64,000 nucleotides of DNA from Antedon mediterranea (Eukaryota; Animalia; Echinodermata): the NCBI RefSeq assembly GCF_964355755.1, contig NC_092675.1:7373812-7437811 (forward strand). The letters are read 5' to 3'. Under the pieces are notes generated by a model that was not told where the DNA came from, ran no database searches, and was given only the letters and a program-made list of their open reading frames with translations. The position numbers and the translations under genes were made by a program. Positions 1-11,898 of this stretch are shown piece after piece; position 1 is the stretch's first letter; each line of letters begins with the position of its first letter.

Positions 1-1000
1 CTTGTGTATCTTAGACCATGGACCTATACATTAGATAGGTCCATGCTTACACCATGGAGCCATAATTAGATAGCTCCATGCTTTCACAATGTACTTGGTT
101 AAAAAAACTAAATTGATTTACCATGTTACGCCTTTGAGCCAGGCTTACTTGTAACATGGAGGTATATAATGTGTATTCCTGCACAGTAACTTTGTATTGG
201 TAGACATATGACTGTACATTATGTTTCTCCCTCGGAAGATTTTTGAGATAATTTAAACATAAATATTAAAAATGATAATGAACATTTCAATGTGTAAGAG
301 TAAAATGCATTTTCAATAACCTAATAAGATGATCAATTCTTTGAAAACAACTCTCATGTTATTACATAATGATGTATCTTATGAAACTTATGAATTGAAT
401 TGAATTCTTTTTAGGTAGCCGACGTTACTACGCTTATCGGAAACCACGTCAGATATCTGACGAGAATGTAAGAAACAGCCGAGCAGCTGCGGACAGCGTA
501 CGGCAACGGGCATTTCGTGATTTCTTATTAAGCAGAAATAGCCGTTAGCTGGATTAGGCCTACTATCAGATCAATAATACACAACAGAAGTTAACTGTTC
601 AGAAATGTAAATTAACATGGATGTAACGGTCAAATGCCCGAAATCGTACAGTAAGGACATCTGATATTATATATTATGAACACAGTGTTTCATCAAATCT
701 GTGCGTGCACGTCACAATATGTTGCCATGAATTGATGTTTAGAATATATTGTGCTAGTTTTTTTTATATCGTCAAACTGAAGGGCATTTGTTAATCAAGG
801 TACAATATCCGCAATCTTTCCGTTTAACGGAAGTTTAAAAGAATACAAAAATATCTGCAAAATTCATTTCCGATTTTATATTTCATGTGTAGTATTATTA
901 AAAGGTCGAACTTTAACCCCCGCCCCCACCCCATCAAACAAAATAATATTATAGAACACGTGTGACTTGATAAATAGTGGTTAATGAGGGTTAAATATAA

Positions 1001-1059
1001 TACCCCTTTCACACCAATAGCAAAACTCCGGAGATCACTGCTTTGGTGTGAAAGGGGTA
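1001..1059. mobile_element. Minimal Harbinger-like MITE
   Basis: TAA|tacccctttcacaccaa...ttggtgtgaaaggggta|TAA. Confidence 0.65.
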
Positions 1060-1577
1060 TAAGTTACTTTATAATAATAGGATTCGAACATCATAAAGCC
1101 CTAGTGGTCTAGTGGTAGGGTGAAATCTATTTCGAATGTCAGTTACAGGAAAGAATTTGCACTCTGATTCACTTGATATTTAAGAATAATATTTATTATT
1201 CAAAACGCCATTTTAAGTCACTGTTTCAATTATATATCCATTAATTCATTTTGAAACTTCAGGTATACTTATCTACCCACGTTACTTATTTCGATTACCT
1301 TCATGATTAAATCAATTTCAACAGATTCATGAAAACGTTTTAAATGCACTCGTGTATAACATCAAAGTTATTGCAAACGCCTATATCGATACAAATACTA
1401 ATATAACAAATACTCTATATTCAATTTAATTATGTACATAATAGATTAACGTTAACTATTGTATGTGTTTTCTTTTCATTCACGTTTTAAACTATCATCA
1501 TCGTATATTATATTACTATCGTCATTTCGTCATTATCTGTAATTGATTAAAAGTATGCCTGTCACAACAGTAGGGTT

Positions 1578-1715
1578 GTTACCCCGGTGAACTGGTTCAC
1601 AAAATAGCCCTAACAGGAGGTTACCACCTATCTGATACCACAGTGATTGATTTACTATTGGTAATCATTGGCCACATTGCCTCAAGACATAAAATAAATT
1701 AAAATTAAAATAAAT
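1578..1715 (+). mobile_element. SINE 3' fragment
   Basis: Near-identical to 61283-61400; A-rich tail. Confidence 0.7.
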
Positions 1716-2599
1716 TTTACTACAGAATTCCTCACCACTGCAACCGGCGCCAACAAGGAGAATTCCTTTTTTTAGGACGCCCGGCCCCTATATTCGGGAG
1801 ACACTTTCTTTTGAAAATCCAACTTCTATTCATAGGAAAACTGTTATGTCCCGAATTAGTACGTTCACTTTAATATATTTTTTTACTAGGTTGATCATGG
1901 GATCAATGCCGGGTCCTTGAACAGCTCGATCCACCCGGCACACAGGGCTATCTACCTTCACGTTTACTTTAACAGGTGGCGCTTTGTAGGCCCAATAACA
2001 ACAACATTAATACATAACGACGGACATGCAATTAAATCACAGTATGATATTATAACTGTATTATAGAAAGTAATTTGACAGATGTTAGCATGGTAGGACC
2101 ATAAGCATATGCTTAAGATTCGATCATTCTATAAAGATTGTGTTGAGATCGGATTGGATTGTGTGTGTTATTCTAGTGTTATTGTATAATGATATTACTA
2201 GTGATGTATAATGACAAATTATAACAACATTAAGTGGCTGATGTGATTAATAAGTGTGCGCCGTTATTGAGACATCATGTTCTAGACCGTTTCAACGTAG
2301 CTGTTTACCGGCGATGTTTGACTTACCAGTGAGTAACGATAACTTGCCATAATAATACATTCTGGACATCGGTGAGTTAGATTGATCAACATCTTTTAAG
2401 TTAACCAAATACTTAATTGGCGTCCATGATCATCATTATTGTTTCACTGCCTGTCGTTTAGTTGTTGTTGGTATGTCATGATAAAACAATTCATATTACA
2501 TTGTATATATTGTAATTTATTGTACATACTTGTTAACTTAGGCTATATAGTGTTAACTATTCTCTGCTGTAAGCAGCTTGCTCAATTTTATTCATTTGT

Positions 2600-5500
2600 C
2601 ATTTCCTTTTCTGTCTAATTTAAATGTTTGAATGTGACCTTTTTGATAATGTAAATGTGAGCACAGAATATTTTAACGAAGATAACTTAATTTCTTCACT
2701 TGAACATTCTAATTTATCATCAAACTTTTCTATATTTGGACTAAACTGTCGTAGTGTTGTTAATAAGTTTGACTTAATCTCAAACTATTTAGACTCACTC
2801 GTACATGCCTTCTCCGTCATTGCCTTCAGTGAAACCTGGTTAACCGAAAAAGATAATATTAATCTATACCAGTTACCAGGCTACAGTTTGATTCACAATG
2901 ATAGGAAAGATAAGAGAGGTGGTGGGGTAGCGTTCTATGTTACCAACAAACTAACATATATTATTAGAAATGATCTGTCATCTTGTATGACTGAAGCAGA
3001 GACTATTTTTATTGAGATTGAGTTAGAATCAGGAAATAATGTTATTTGTGGTATAGTTTATAGACCACCCTCACGTTCCTTGCAAAAGTTTGATGATGAA
3101 TTAACATGTGTAATGCAAATGATTAATCTAGAAAAAAAGAAAGCTTACCTTGTGGGAGACTATAACATAAACTTACTCCAACAATCTACCGACAACACTA
3201 TCCAATCACACTTAGACACAATATTTTCTCAGTCATTTCAGCCAATCATAAAAAGTCCTACTAGAATATCCGATAATTGTGCTTCAATAATTGATAACAT
3301 TTATTGCAACATCGATTCTTTTACTACGTCCCTTAAAAGTGGAATACTTATTACTGATATTTCTGATCACTTCCCAATATTCTGTGTAGATACTTTGGAA
3401 AAACATAATAAGCAATATCCTCGATTTGTATATAAACGACAATACTCTCCTCAACAAACGGAGTATTTTTTGCAAGAATTACAAAGTAATCAGTGGAATG
3501 ATGTGCTATTCTCAAATAATGCGAATGTTGCTTATCAAAATTTTACAAACACTTTAAATAAAACAATTGATAATTGTTTCCCTTTAAAACGAATTAGAAA
3601 TAAGGCGAACAAGTTAAAATCTCCTTGGATCACAGCTGAAATTGCCAGAGCTATCTCTCAAAAACATAAATTATATAAAAAGTACAAACAAAATAACACC
3701 ACTACTAATAAAAGTACGTACATACATTTTAGAAACAAGTTAACCACTACTATTAGAAATCGGAAAAAAGAATATTATATGGTCCAGTTTGAACGAAATA
3801 AACAAGATATTAAAAAAACGTGGACAATCCTAAATGATATAATGGGTAGGAAAAAGACTACCAATTTGCCTACAAAAATAAAATTGGGTACTGATACTTT
3901 CTCTGATAATGATGAGAAAGCTGATGCATTCAACTCTTTTTTTATTAATATTGGAGAAAAACTAAATAATAAATTTAGGCATGAATCTCAAAATGAAGAA
4001 ATCACCCACAGAACTTTCTTAAAGGGAAATTTTACCTCTTCAATGTTTTTTAAGCCTGTTACTGAACATGAACTTAACCACTATATTAAAAACACAAAGA
4101 ATACTTCTCCTGGCCATGATGGTATAAGTGCCCAACTCATAAAATCTGCTTCCCCGTTTATTTTAAAACCTTTATTGCATATTATTAATACGTCATTATC
4201 ATCGGGCTGTGTCCCGGCTGATATAAAAATTGCTAAAGTTATCCCGGTATTTAAGAATGGTGACATCTCCGATATAAATAATTATCGGCCTATTTCCATT
4301 TTACCCTTTTTTTCCAAAATATTTGAGAGGATTGTGTATGATCAAACGATTTGTTACCTCTCAAAATATAACGTACTGAGTAAAACACAGTATGGATTTA
4401 GACAACACCATTCAACTAGTCATGCTTTAATACAATCGATTGAAAAAATCACAAACGCTATTGAGAATAAAGAGTTCACACTAGGAGTTTTCCTTGATTT
4501 ATCAAAAGCGTTTGATACAATCGATCATGATGTATTATTAGATAAGTTAAGATTTTATGGTATAAGAGGAGTTCCGCTAAACTGGTTCTCAAACTATCTT
4601 AAAAAAAGACTACAATACACATTTATTGTTAATACTGCATCTAGTAAAATGACAGTAAACACTGGAGTTCCTCAGGGATCCATATTGGGTCCATTATTAT
4701 TTCTTATATTCATTAATGATATTAGTCTAGCATGTAACCATGTAGACATGATTATGTATGCAGATGACACAAATGTGTTTTATAGTCACAATGATATTAC
4801 TCAAGCTTTTGATACAATGAACCAGGAGTTATCTATACTTTCGGACTGGTTTATTGCTAACAAATTAACGCTAAATGTAAACAAATCAAAATATGTTATA
4901 TTTAAGGCTAGAAATAAGTCAGCTGACACTACCTCACTAGAATTGAGGATGGGAAATGAATGTATAGTAAAAGCTACTGAAGTTAAATTTCTAGGCTTAT
5001 TTCTGGATGAAACTTTATCGTTTAATTTTCATGTAAATGAGGTAGCAAACAGTATTTCTAGAATAATTGGTGTCTTAAACAAAGTGAAGTCTATGTTATC
5101 AAGTAAAATCTTGTTAACGGTATACAATGCACTTATATTACCTAGAATAACGTATGCTATCACAGTATGGGGTGCTACTTCTGCTACAAACTTAAACCGT
5201 ATACATATTCTCCAGAAAAAAGCACTTAGAAATATTTGTCATGTTCATTTTATGCATCCTTCTCATCCACTTTTTATTTCAACCCAAACATTAAATATTT
5301 TTGACCTTTATACGAAACACACTGCTATATTTATGTATCAATATAAACATAATCTATTACCTGAATCATTTAATAACTTATTTAGTACATCTGCCTCATT
5401 CCATAATTACTCAACTAGAAACAGGTCAAACTACTGTCCACAACTAAAACGCACCAAAGTCGGACAGCAATGTATTTCCTACCAAGGAACACATATTTGG

Positions 5501-5795
5501 AACAATTTAACAGACTATATAAAACAATCCCCCACTTTAAGTTTGTTTAAACAGAGATTAAAGCAATATTATAACAATAGAAATATTTAAGTTAAGTAAA
5601 TCACATTATGTTATTTTGGTTTGTTCTTTTTGTTTGTACTAATTGTTTGATCTTTTTGTTAGGGTTACATGCTTAAAGCACTTGTGCTTATTTTGTATCC
5701 CATTCCATTATCTTATTATTTGTATTGTATTTGTATATGTTTTTATTTTGATTATGGAATAAAAATGTCGATGAATTGATTGAATTGAATTGATA
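2600..5795 (+). mobile_element. Non-LTR retrotransposon (CR1/L2 group); 5' boundary undefined
   Basis: ORF2, T-rich 3'UTR, AATAAA ~5758 and short (TGAAT/TTGAA)n tail ~5772-5793. Confidence 0.9.
2624..5590 (+). CDS. LINE ORF2: AP endonuclease + reverse transcriptase (CR1/L2/Crack group), 988 aa, uninterrupted
   Basis: EN motifs NCRS, SETWL, GGGV, YRPP, GDYN, IDNI, SDHFP; RT motifs YRPISILP, QYGFR, FLDLSKAFD, GVPQGSILGPLLF, YADD, KFLG; C-term HNYSTRN...IWNNL. Confidence 0.95.
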   Translation: MFECDLFDNVNVSTEYFNEDNLISSLEHSNLSSNFSIFGLNCRSVVNKFDLISNYLDSLVHAFSVIAFSETWLTEKDNINLYQLPGYSLIHNDRKDKRGGGVAFYVTNKLTYIIRNDLSSCMTEAETIFIEIELESGNNVICGIVYRPPSRSLQKFDDELTCVMQMINLEKKKAYLVGDYNINLLQQSTDNTIQSHLDTIFSQSFQPIIKSPTRISDNCASIIDNIYCNIDSFTTSLKSGILITDISDHFPIFCVDTLEKHNKQYPRFVYKRQYSPQQTEYFLQELQSNQWNDVLFSNNANVAYQNFTNTLNKTIDNCFPLKRIRNKANKLKSPWITAEIARAISQKHKLYKKYKQNNTTTNKSTYIHFRNKLTTTIRNRKKEYYMVQFERNKQDIKKTWTILNDIMGRKKTTNLPTKIKLGTDTFSDNDEKADAFNSFFINIGEKLNNKFRHESQNEEITHRTFLKGNFTSSMFFKPVTEHELNHYIKNTKNTSPGHDGISAQLIKSASPFILKPLLHIINTSLSSGCVPADIKIAKVIPVFKNGDISDINNYRPISILPFFSKIFERIVYDQTICYLSKYNVLSKTQYGFRQHHSTSHALIQSIEKITNAIENKEFTLGVFLDLSKAFDTIDHDVLLDKLRFYGIRGVPLNWFSNYLKKRLQYTFIVNTASSKMTVNTGVPQGSILGPLLFLIFINDISLACNHVDMIMYADDTNVFYSHNDITQAFDTMNQELSILSDWFIANKLTLNVNKSKYVIFKARNKSADTTSLELRMGNECIVKATEVKFLGLFLDETLSFNFHVNEVANSISRIIGVLNKVKSMLSSKILLTVYNALILPRITYAITVWGATSATNLNRIHILQKKALRNICHVHFMHPSHPLFISTQTLNIFDLYTKHTAIFMYQYKHNLLPESFNNLFSTSASFHNYSTRNRSNYCPQLKRTKVGQQCISYQGTHIWNNLTDYIKQSPTLSLFKQRLKQYYNNRNI

Positions 5796-6102
5796 TTATT
5801 ACCTTATTTCTTTTTATTTATGATTTTATTTTTACCCCCTGCAAACACAAAAAAGAAACTTTTTAATTTCGTATTTATGATAGAAAAACAGTATAAAGTG
5901 ATCATTCCTGAATATGTACTATACCTTATACGCTTAGTCGATTCTATGGCGACAATTCGGCTTGTTTTTATTTTTTCAAAGGCAACATTTTGGCATACAT
6001 GACGTGTCATACGTATAGTAAAATGCAACATAAAAAAGACAATAGAGATTCATGCGCATGTAAAATGCTATTTCAATGTATAACACGTTCTGGTGCCTTT
6101 AA

Positions 6103-7214
6103 AGCTTGGTTCCCACTAGAACGTAACGCAAGGACGTAAACGCAACGCAAGCGTTTTAACCAATGACAAGCGAAGTTTAGTTAGCAATCACAAGCGAATA
6201 AGCCATCGCTTGTGATTGGTCAATTCACTTGCTTTGCGTTACGTCCTTGTGTTGCGTCGCCAGTGGGAACCACGCTTTTCTATAAAATTGTAACAGCATG
6301 TGATTTAATTATGTATATACGTATTAATAATTCCTGTTTTGTTATGATTGCTTTTGTAAAGTTATTATTATGTTTTCGACAATAGGGTCATACAGTACGT
6401 ATTATGGTTACCCTCAAGTACCGTTTAGTACCGTAAGTGCTCCTATATAAAGTGGATTATTCATTCGCTTTTTTTCTGTAATATAATGTGTGTTAATATT
6501 GTGAATAAACTTTGTTTCGTAAAACGTTAACTTTGCTTTATTTTAAATTTTGTCAGAACACCTTTATGGCCCCCATGCCTGTAGGTTTGGTAATACGTTA
6601 TTGCCATATTAGCCTCAACCCTGGATATTGAGGAATTTTAATTTTATTTGGAGGGAATTTGACAATGAATGAATGGTTTATGGTTACTCCTCTCGTACAA
6701 AACTATACGCTTTCCGTCTATGTCACCATGCTGGAGGACGGTGCTCAGTTAGTCGGATCTTTCGTCTCTCTCTCACAATGCCGGCCATGAGTCTACATAG
6801 GCCTACTTAGGCCTACTATTCTTCTCAATGCAGAGACTGAAACGCTTTGTTTCTATCTCACAATGGAAGGAAGTTTGTGCACGTATAATACTCGTGCGTC
6901 TACGGAGCGTCCAGAGCAAGGCACGCTGTGCCTATCAATGCATGCAGCCTGTGTCCGTATAGTAAAGACGCGTTGCGTCACGTTAGACGTACCTGTCACA
7001 AATTAGGTGCGCATATCCCTATAAAAAAAGAAGTCGCGTACGTTCTACATCATCATGCAAATGCGTGGTTCACACAGCGACGTATCGATGCAATAGTGCT
7101 GCAAAACATCTTAGGTTTGATCTCACGCAGGCGGGGGTAAACGCAATGATTGGAAGGGCATTTTCTTACGTTGCGTAGATTGCGTTACGTTACGTCGCTA
7201 GTGGGAACCAAGCT
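6103..7214. mobile_element. PIF/Harbinger-like element(s), TIR agcttggttcccact; inner MITE 6103-6276
   Basis: Left TIR at 6103; right TIRs ending 6276 and 7214; TAA flanks 6103 and 7214. Confidence 0.7.
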
Positions 7215-7740
7215 TAAGATTTACCAGGGGGTAAGACTCATATTAGAGCAGCAGGACATATTTCGTCATAATAATGGTTGATGCTATTTAGAATCAAAGA
7301 CTGGCTTGCTCCACCAGAAATCACAGCAATTGGCGATCTCAGTGTTCTCTCTCAGTTTCCTGAATTAATTCCCTATTTATTTTTTCCCATTCCCAAGGGA
7401 AAATATGGTGAATTTGTCTGGAAAATCTGCGATTGTGCAGTGGTGACTATTCGTCGTCATTCCAGGTTTGTACTATAGCATTATGAAATAAAACACATCA
7501 TCTACAGATATATTGACAGATATAAAATAACATATGTATGACTTTTTTAATGGCTCAGCAGATTTCAATATTATAGATATGAAATATATATATTTTTTTA
7601 TATAGACAATCGTAATAATATTAAAGAGTCCAGACAATGTGTATGTTTTTGTACTATAGTGCGTGACTTATCATAGAATTCAGGAACAGGAATCGAATAT
7701 GGTCTACTATTTCAAGTACCTCTGGCTGTCGTAGTTTTAA

Positions 7741-8040
7741 AGATGTATTGTCCCTCGTAATTTGTTTTAATGTCATGATCTCTATTCACTTTGACCAAAA
7801 ATTGGATCGAAAAAAAAAATGATTTACTTTAAAAAACTGTAAGTTAAAGCAAAAAATCAAATTGGCTGCCAGCCAATATAGGTTTTTGGTTAAATTTAAC
7901 TATTTTGACATTTTATAAGTTAAAACATTATTTTTTTCAGTTTTTTTTTCTACGGAAAATTTATACAAAATGGCCTATTCAAGGTCTGCTTTTGGCCTAA
8001 TTAATCTTCATTTTTCAGGTTTTTTGGGGACAATACATCT
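7741..8040. mobile_element. Kolobok-like MITE copy 1
   Basis: TTAA|agatgtattgtccc...gggacaatacatct|TTAA. Confidence 0.8.
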
Positions 8041-9143
8041 TTAACCAGACACTCTCAAGGCGAAGTATAAATAATCATTATTATATAGTAGACCTATACT
8101 AAAATATTAAAAGAGTGTCAATCCATCTCCTTTACCTTTCAACCCTTTTCACCAAAAACCAATGAATTTTGCCAATGAATAGTGCCTCAATCACTTTCCC
8201 CTGCTTTTACAGGAGGTAGGCTTTCCCCTCCATTATCCGCAACGTTTTTCCTACTAATTGTTCTACAAAACTGAGCTGTCTGATCCGTGTCTCCTAGTTT
8301 ATATGATACAGAAAATAGAAGTATCTATCAAATTAAAACTGATCTTTTACTTTATTTTTTTTCAATTCAATTGGTTTCTTTTTCGGATTTCAGATGACAG
8401 AATAAGAAATTACCTACCGTAGAGGGCATGGGTGTTTTTATTGACCGAGAACTATTAGCATATGCATGTTCGTAAAATCAGCGTGAAGTGAATAGAATTC
8501 TAAAAAGTAAAACTGATATCGATTATTGACAATGTAGTTTGATAATAAATTTTTAATAACTAGGACCTTACTCTTTGGTTAAAATAATTTGCTATTATTA
8601 TATTTTAAAATATAAAAATCATTCATTTAAAGAAAAACTCTGGAACTCTGTTAAAAAAAAATCTTGATATATAATAATATTATGCGGATTCAATTCAATT
8701 CAAAGAACATTTATTAACTTCCAAAAGACAAAAAGTAACAACAAAAAAACAATGGCAAGAGAAGAAAATGGAAGAATTGGGACTGGATTGCCTTTACAAA
8801 TTACAAATGATTGTACTTTATTTGATCTGAAACAAGAACTCTTCTCGTTTTAATAATTATTTCAATCGATTACAATTTGCATTGATAACTCATACAGTGA
8901 TGAAAATTTGCTATTTTTAAAAGCAAAACTATGGGCCTAAGGCATAAATTGATTTTTCAAAAACCCTGACATTTAACAATACTGTATACATCTATTGTGA
9001 TTTAATCAGGGAGTTAATAATTAGTTTTCTAATTAACGAGTCCCTGATTGAATGGTCCTTCACGTTTGTTTCTTATTTACATAGGCCTAATCTAGTATTT
9101 TGGTCATTAATTTTGGTCTGTCATTTGTATATATTTTTGTTAA

Positions 9144-9482
9144 AGATATATGGTCCCTCTAAAAAAATAGTTTTTTTAATTTTTTTGTCGAATATGTTAT
9201 TTTAATGTCACATAATAGTTATGCACTCTCACAAAAAATTGGGTCTGAAAAAAATTTATTTACCTGAGAAAAATGCAATTTAAAGCAAAAAATGGTCAAA
9301 TTGTCTGGAAGTTTTTGGGTAATTTAAAACTGTTTATTTTGTCTTTTTATAGGTGAAATAATTTTTTTTCCCGTTTTTTTTCTTATGGAAGTGAACAACT
9401 TCATTAAAACTGCAAAATGGCCTATTCACAGTCCGATTTTTAAAAATCTTTATTTTTCATGATTTTGGGGGACAATACATCT
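9144..9482. mobile_element. Kolobok-like MITE copy 2
   Basis: TTAA|agatatatggtccc...gggacaatacatct|TTAA; interior similar to 7741-8040. Confidence 0.8.
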
Positions 9483-9714
9483 TTAAGGATTTACTGTTTA
9501 TGCCGATAAAATATTTGAAAAAAAGTGTCAAAGCTGACTGTGTTTGTTTGTCTTTCTTGGAAGTAACCTAGATTTTCTTTTTTGAAAAAGATTTAATTCA
9601 AAGGATTTGAATAGGCCTTGTCACTTGTCTTTAGGATTTCTTTTTTTTTATGGTTTATTAAAACAAAGAAATGGCAGTACAAAACTGAATTGCGTCCAGT
9701 AACATTAACATAAA

Positions 9715-9940
9715 AAATATATCAAAAACGAGCAAAATGTACACAAACATCCAATATAGAAATATATATATAGGCCTATATATACAAAAATGCATTAAAA
9801 AAAATAAAGAATATACAATTACAAATTTACAAAGATATATATCAAAAACGAGAAATTTACACAACCATCCAATATAAAAATATATATATATACATAAATG
9901 CATTAAAAAAAATAAAGAATATACAATTACAAATTTACAA
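9715..9940. repeat. ~120-bp AT-rich tandem duplication
   Basis: atatatcaaaaacgag...tacaattacaaatttacaaa twice. Confidence 0.8.
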
Positions 9941-10029
9941 ACTGCGAGCAAAATTATTAATCATCCGTATGCCTATCTATCAAAATTACGAATTTCATAT
10001 ATATATTATTGCACTAAGGTCATTGTTAA

Positions 10030-10850
10030 TCAGGAATGGGAGTGTGGACTTCTTAAATCTCTCTGTTCTACATTTAATTTGGGATATTTTTTTCGCGTTT
10101 CTGAGAGATCTACCTGTCGCTTCAGCACGGGTATTGGGGATAATAATATTACTAAATTTTTCATGGATACTCCTTCAGAACAAGCTGGAGACGACGGTCA
10201 CAGAGCCTATCAAGAGAAAATTTCTTTAGGGCTGCAGTGTACGTTGTACCTTCTCCCTAGTACAATTCTTAAAATCTCTTCTGGACCGATTCAAGGTCAC
10301 AGCTTAATTCGGAAGTCAGGGAGGAGTGCCAGGTTGGACAAGCATATTCAATTATGGGGCGTATGAAAGATTTATACATCTTGATTAATTGATCTTCTGG
10401 TGCACCAAACCTTTTAAGGACTGACACAATATGCATGGCTTTACTGGCCTTGCTAACGATCTCACCAATGTGTGTATCCCACTTATGGTTATCTTGGATA
10501 GTTACACCTAAAAGCTTCAATTTCCAGTCCAGAAAGAAGGTAGTGTAAGAGCCCAATAAGGTAATGACTCGTGCTGATACCTTTGCATTACCAAACTGCT
10601 GTTTATCTATAATGGTAGATAGGTCTTCATTTAACCATTTAGTTAGAAAATGTTCAAGGATTCGGATAAACAGTGGCGTAAGCAAGATCGGTCTAATCTG
10701 TTCAATACTGACTGTACCTTTTTTCTCTGGTATCGGTATAACGGTAGCTTGTTTCCAAGCTTTGGTGATCGAATTTATAAAGTGAACAAAATACGGTATA
10801 CTGATGTTTTATTCTCAAGCTTTCACTGGTCACTGAACACAGCTTAAGCA
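10030..10850 (-). mobile_element. Decayed LINE RT fragment with internal deletion
   Basis: Minus frames give WKQATVIPIP..IRPILLTP..KQQFG joined to KLLGVTIQDNHKWDTHI...IRPIIEYACPTWH...LESVQKR; RT core missing, frameshifts. Confidence 0.85.
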
Positions 10851-11084
10851 TGTGCTCTAGAATAAAACGTAAGTATAACGATTTTATTCAGACAAATAGT
10901 GTATTCGATCATAAAAACAAATGCATGTAATCTATAGAGATCAGATGAACATTGTGATAATAACGATATTTTTCGATAATGACCATGCAAATACAATGCA
11001 TCGCCAATCATATCTGTACATACATTTTTCGAATCGGCGTAAATTGGAATTGTCCTGTCAAAAATGGTAAGTTTGTTCTTACTT

Positions 11085-11413
11085 TAGTAGCTAGATCAAC
11101 TTTCGTATGCACTTTGAGGTACATATGCCCTGGGTTGTGGGTCAAAGGTCAGAAATGGCATTTCCGGTCATTTTTGACTAAAATGTCCCATAAGACTAAA
11201 TATAAATGTATACCTTTTGATCAATTTGATACCAAAAGTGACCAGTGGTTGTCGAGATTTAAGGACCTATTGGTGTTTGGTCTTATAACCGTTCACACTG
11301 TGTTTTCAATATGTGTAACCAAGCCAAAAATGATTGTTTGACCACCATAAAAAAATTTCTGAAGTCAAATTCTCTGGACCGCAAAGTGCATACGAAAGTT
11401 GATCTAGCTACTA
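11085..11413. mobile_element. MITE with ~30-bp TIRs (TAG...CTA termini)
   Basis: tagtagctagatcaactttcgtatgcactttg / caaagtgcatacgaaagttgatctagctacta. Confidence 0.8.
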
Positions 11414-11817
11414 GAGTATCTGGTCTAATTATTATTAGTGCTATCAGTCAAACGATCTGAAAAAAAAAATGAGGGATAATGTGCTGGTCTTTGCCCGTGT
11501 CAAACACCTACTAAAGTGTATGCTTTATTGTTTTATTGATAGTCAAAATGTGTTTAAAATACTCTAGTCCCTTGGACTCCAACCCCATTTATAATACATG
11601 AATAAAATGCAACAATGGTTTGTTATCATTAGCTCGTGTTAATTAATTCCTTTATCCAAAGAAGTGAAGTGGTTTTTTATCACAAATGATGTGTTCTTTA
11701 CCGAAAATAAATTGTACGTTGCTACGATAGTATGGCTACATCCGCAATGATGAAATAGAACAAATAAAGTAATGTTATAATCATACAAGCGTACGTGTGT
11801 CTTACTTGTTTGTGTTC

Positions 11818-11898
11818 TATATAGGCCTAAACATTGTTAGAAACTTCAAAACCAATGTATAGCAGCACCGCGCCGGACGGGAATTGGACATTGTAAAG
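11818..11898 (+). promoter_or_regulatory. Putative TATA box and non-coding first exon of the secreted-protein gene
   Basis: TATATA at 11818-11823, GC-richer stretch, donor AAG/gtatgc after 11898; next acceptor ttttcccctcag at 12834. Confidence 0.4.

Noticed and set aside
1890-2065. Exon-like frame after tttttactag (VDHGINAG...)
   Set aside because: No recognisable motif or partner exon; may be LINE 5' sequence
3284-4266. Short minus-strand ORFs inside the LINE
   Set aside because: Antisense shadows of ORF2
8136-8293. Possible minus-strand exon bounded by AG/GT
   Set aside because: Stops in all three frames and a weak acceptor; cannot be supported without RNA data
9658-9951. 97-aa hydrophobic ORF
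   Set aside because: Translation of an AT-rich tandem duplication
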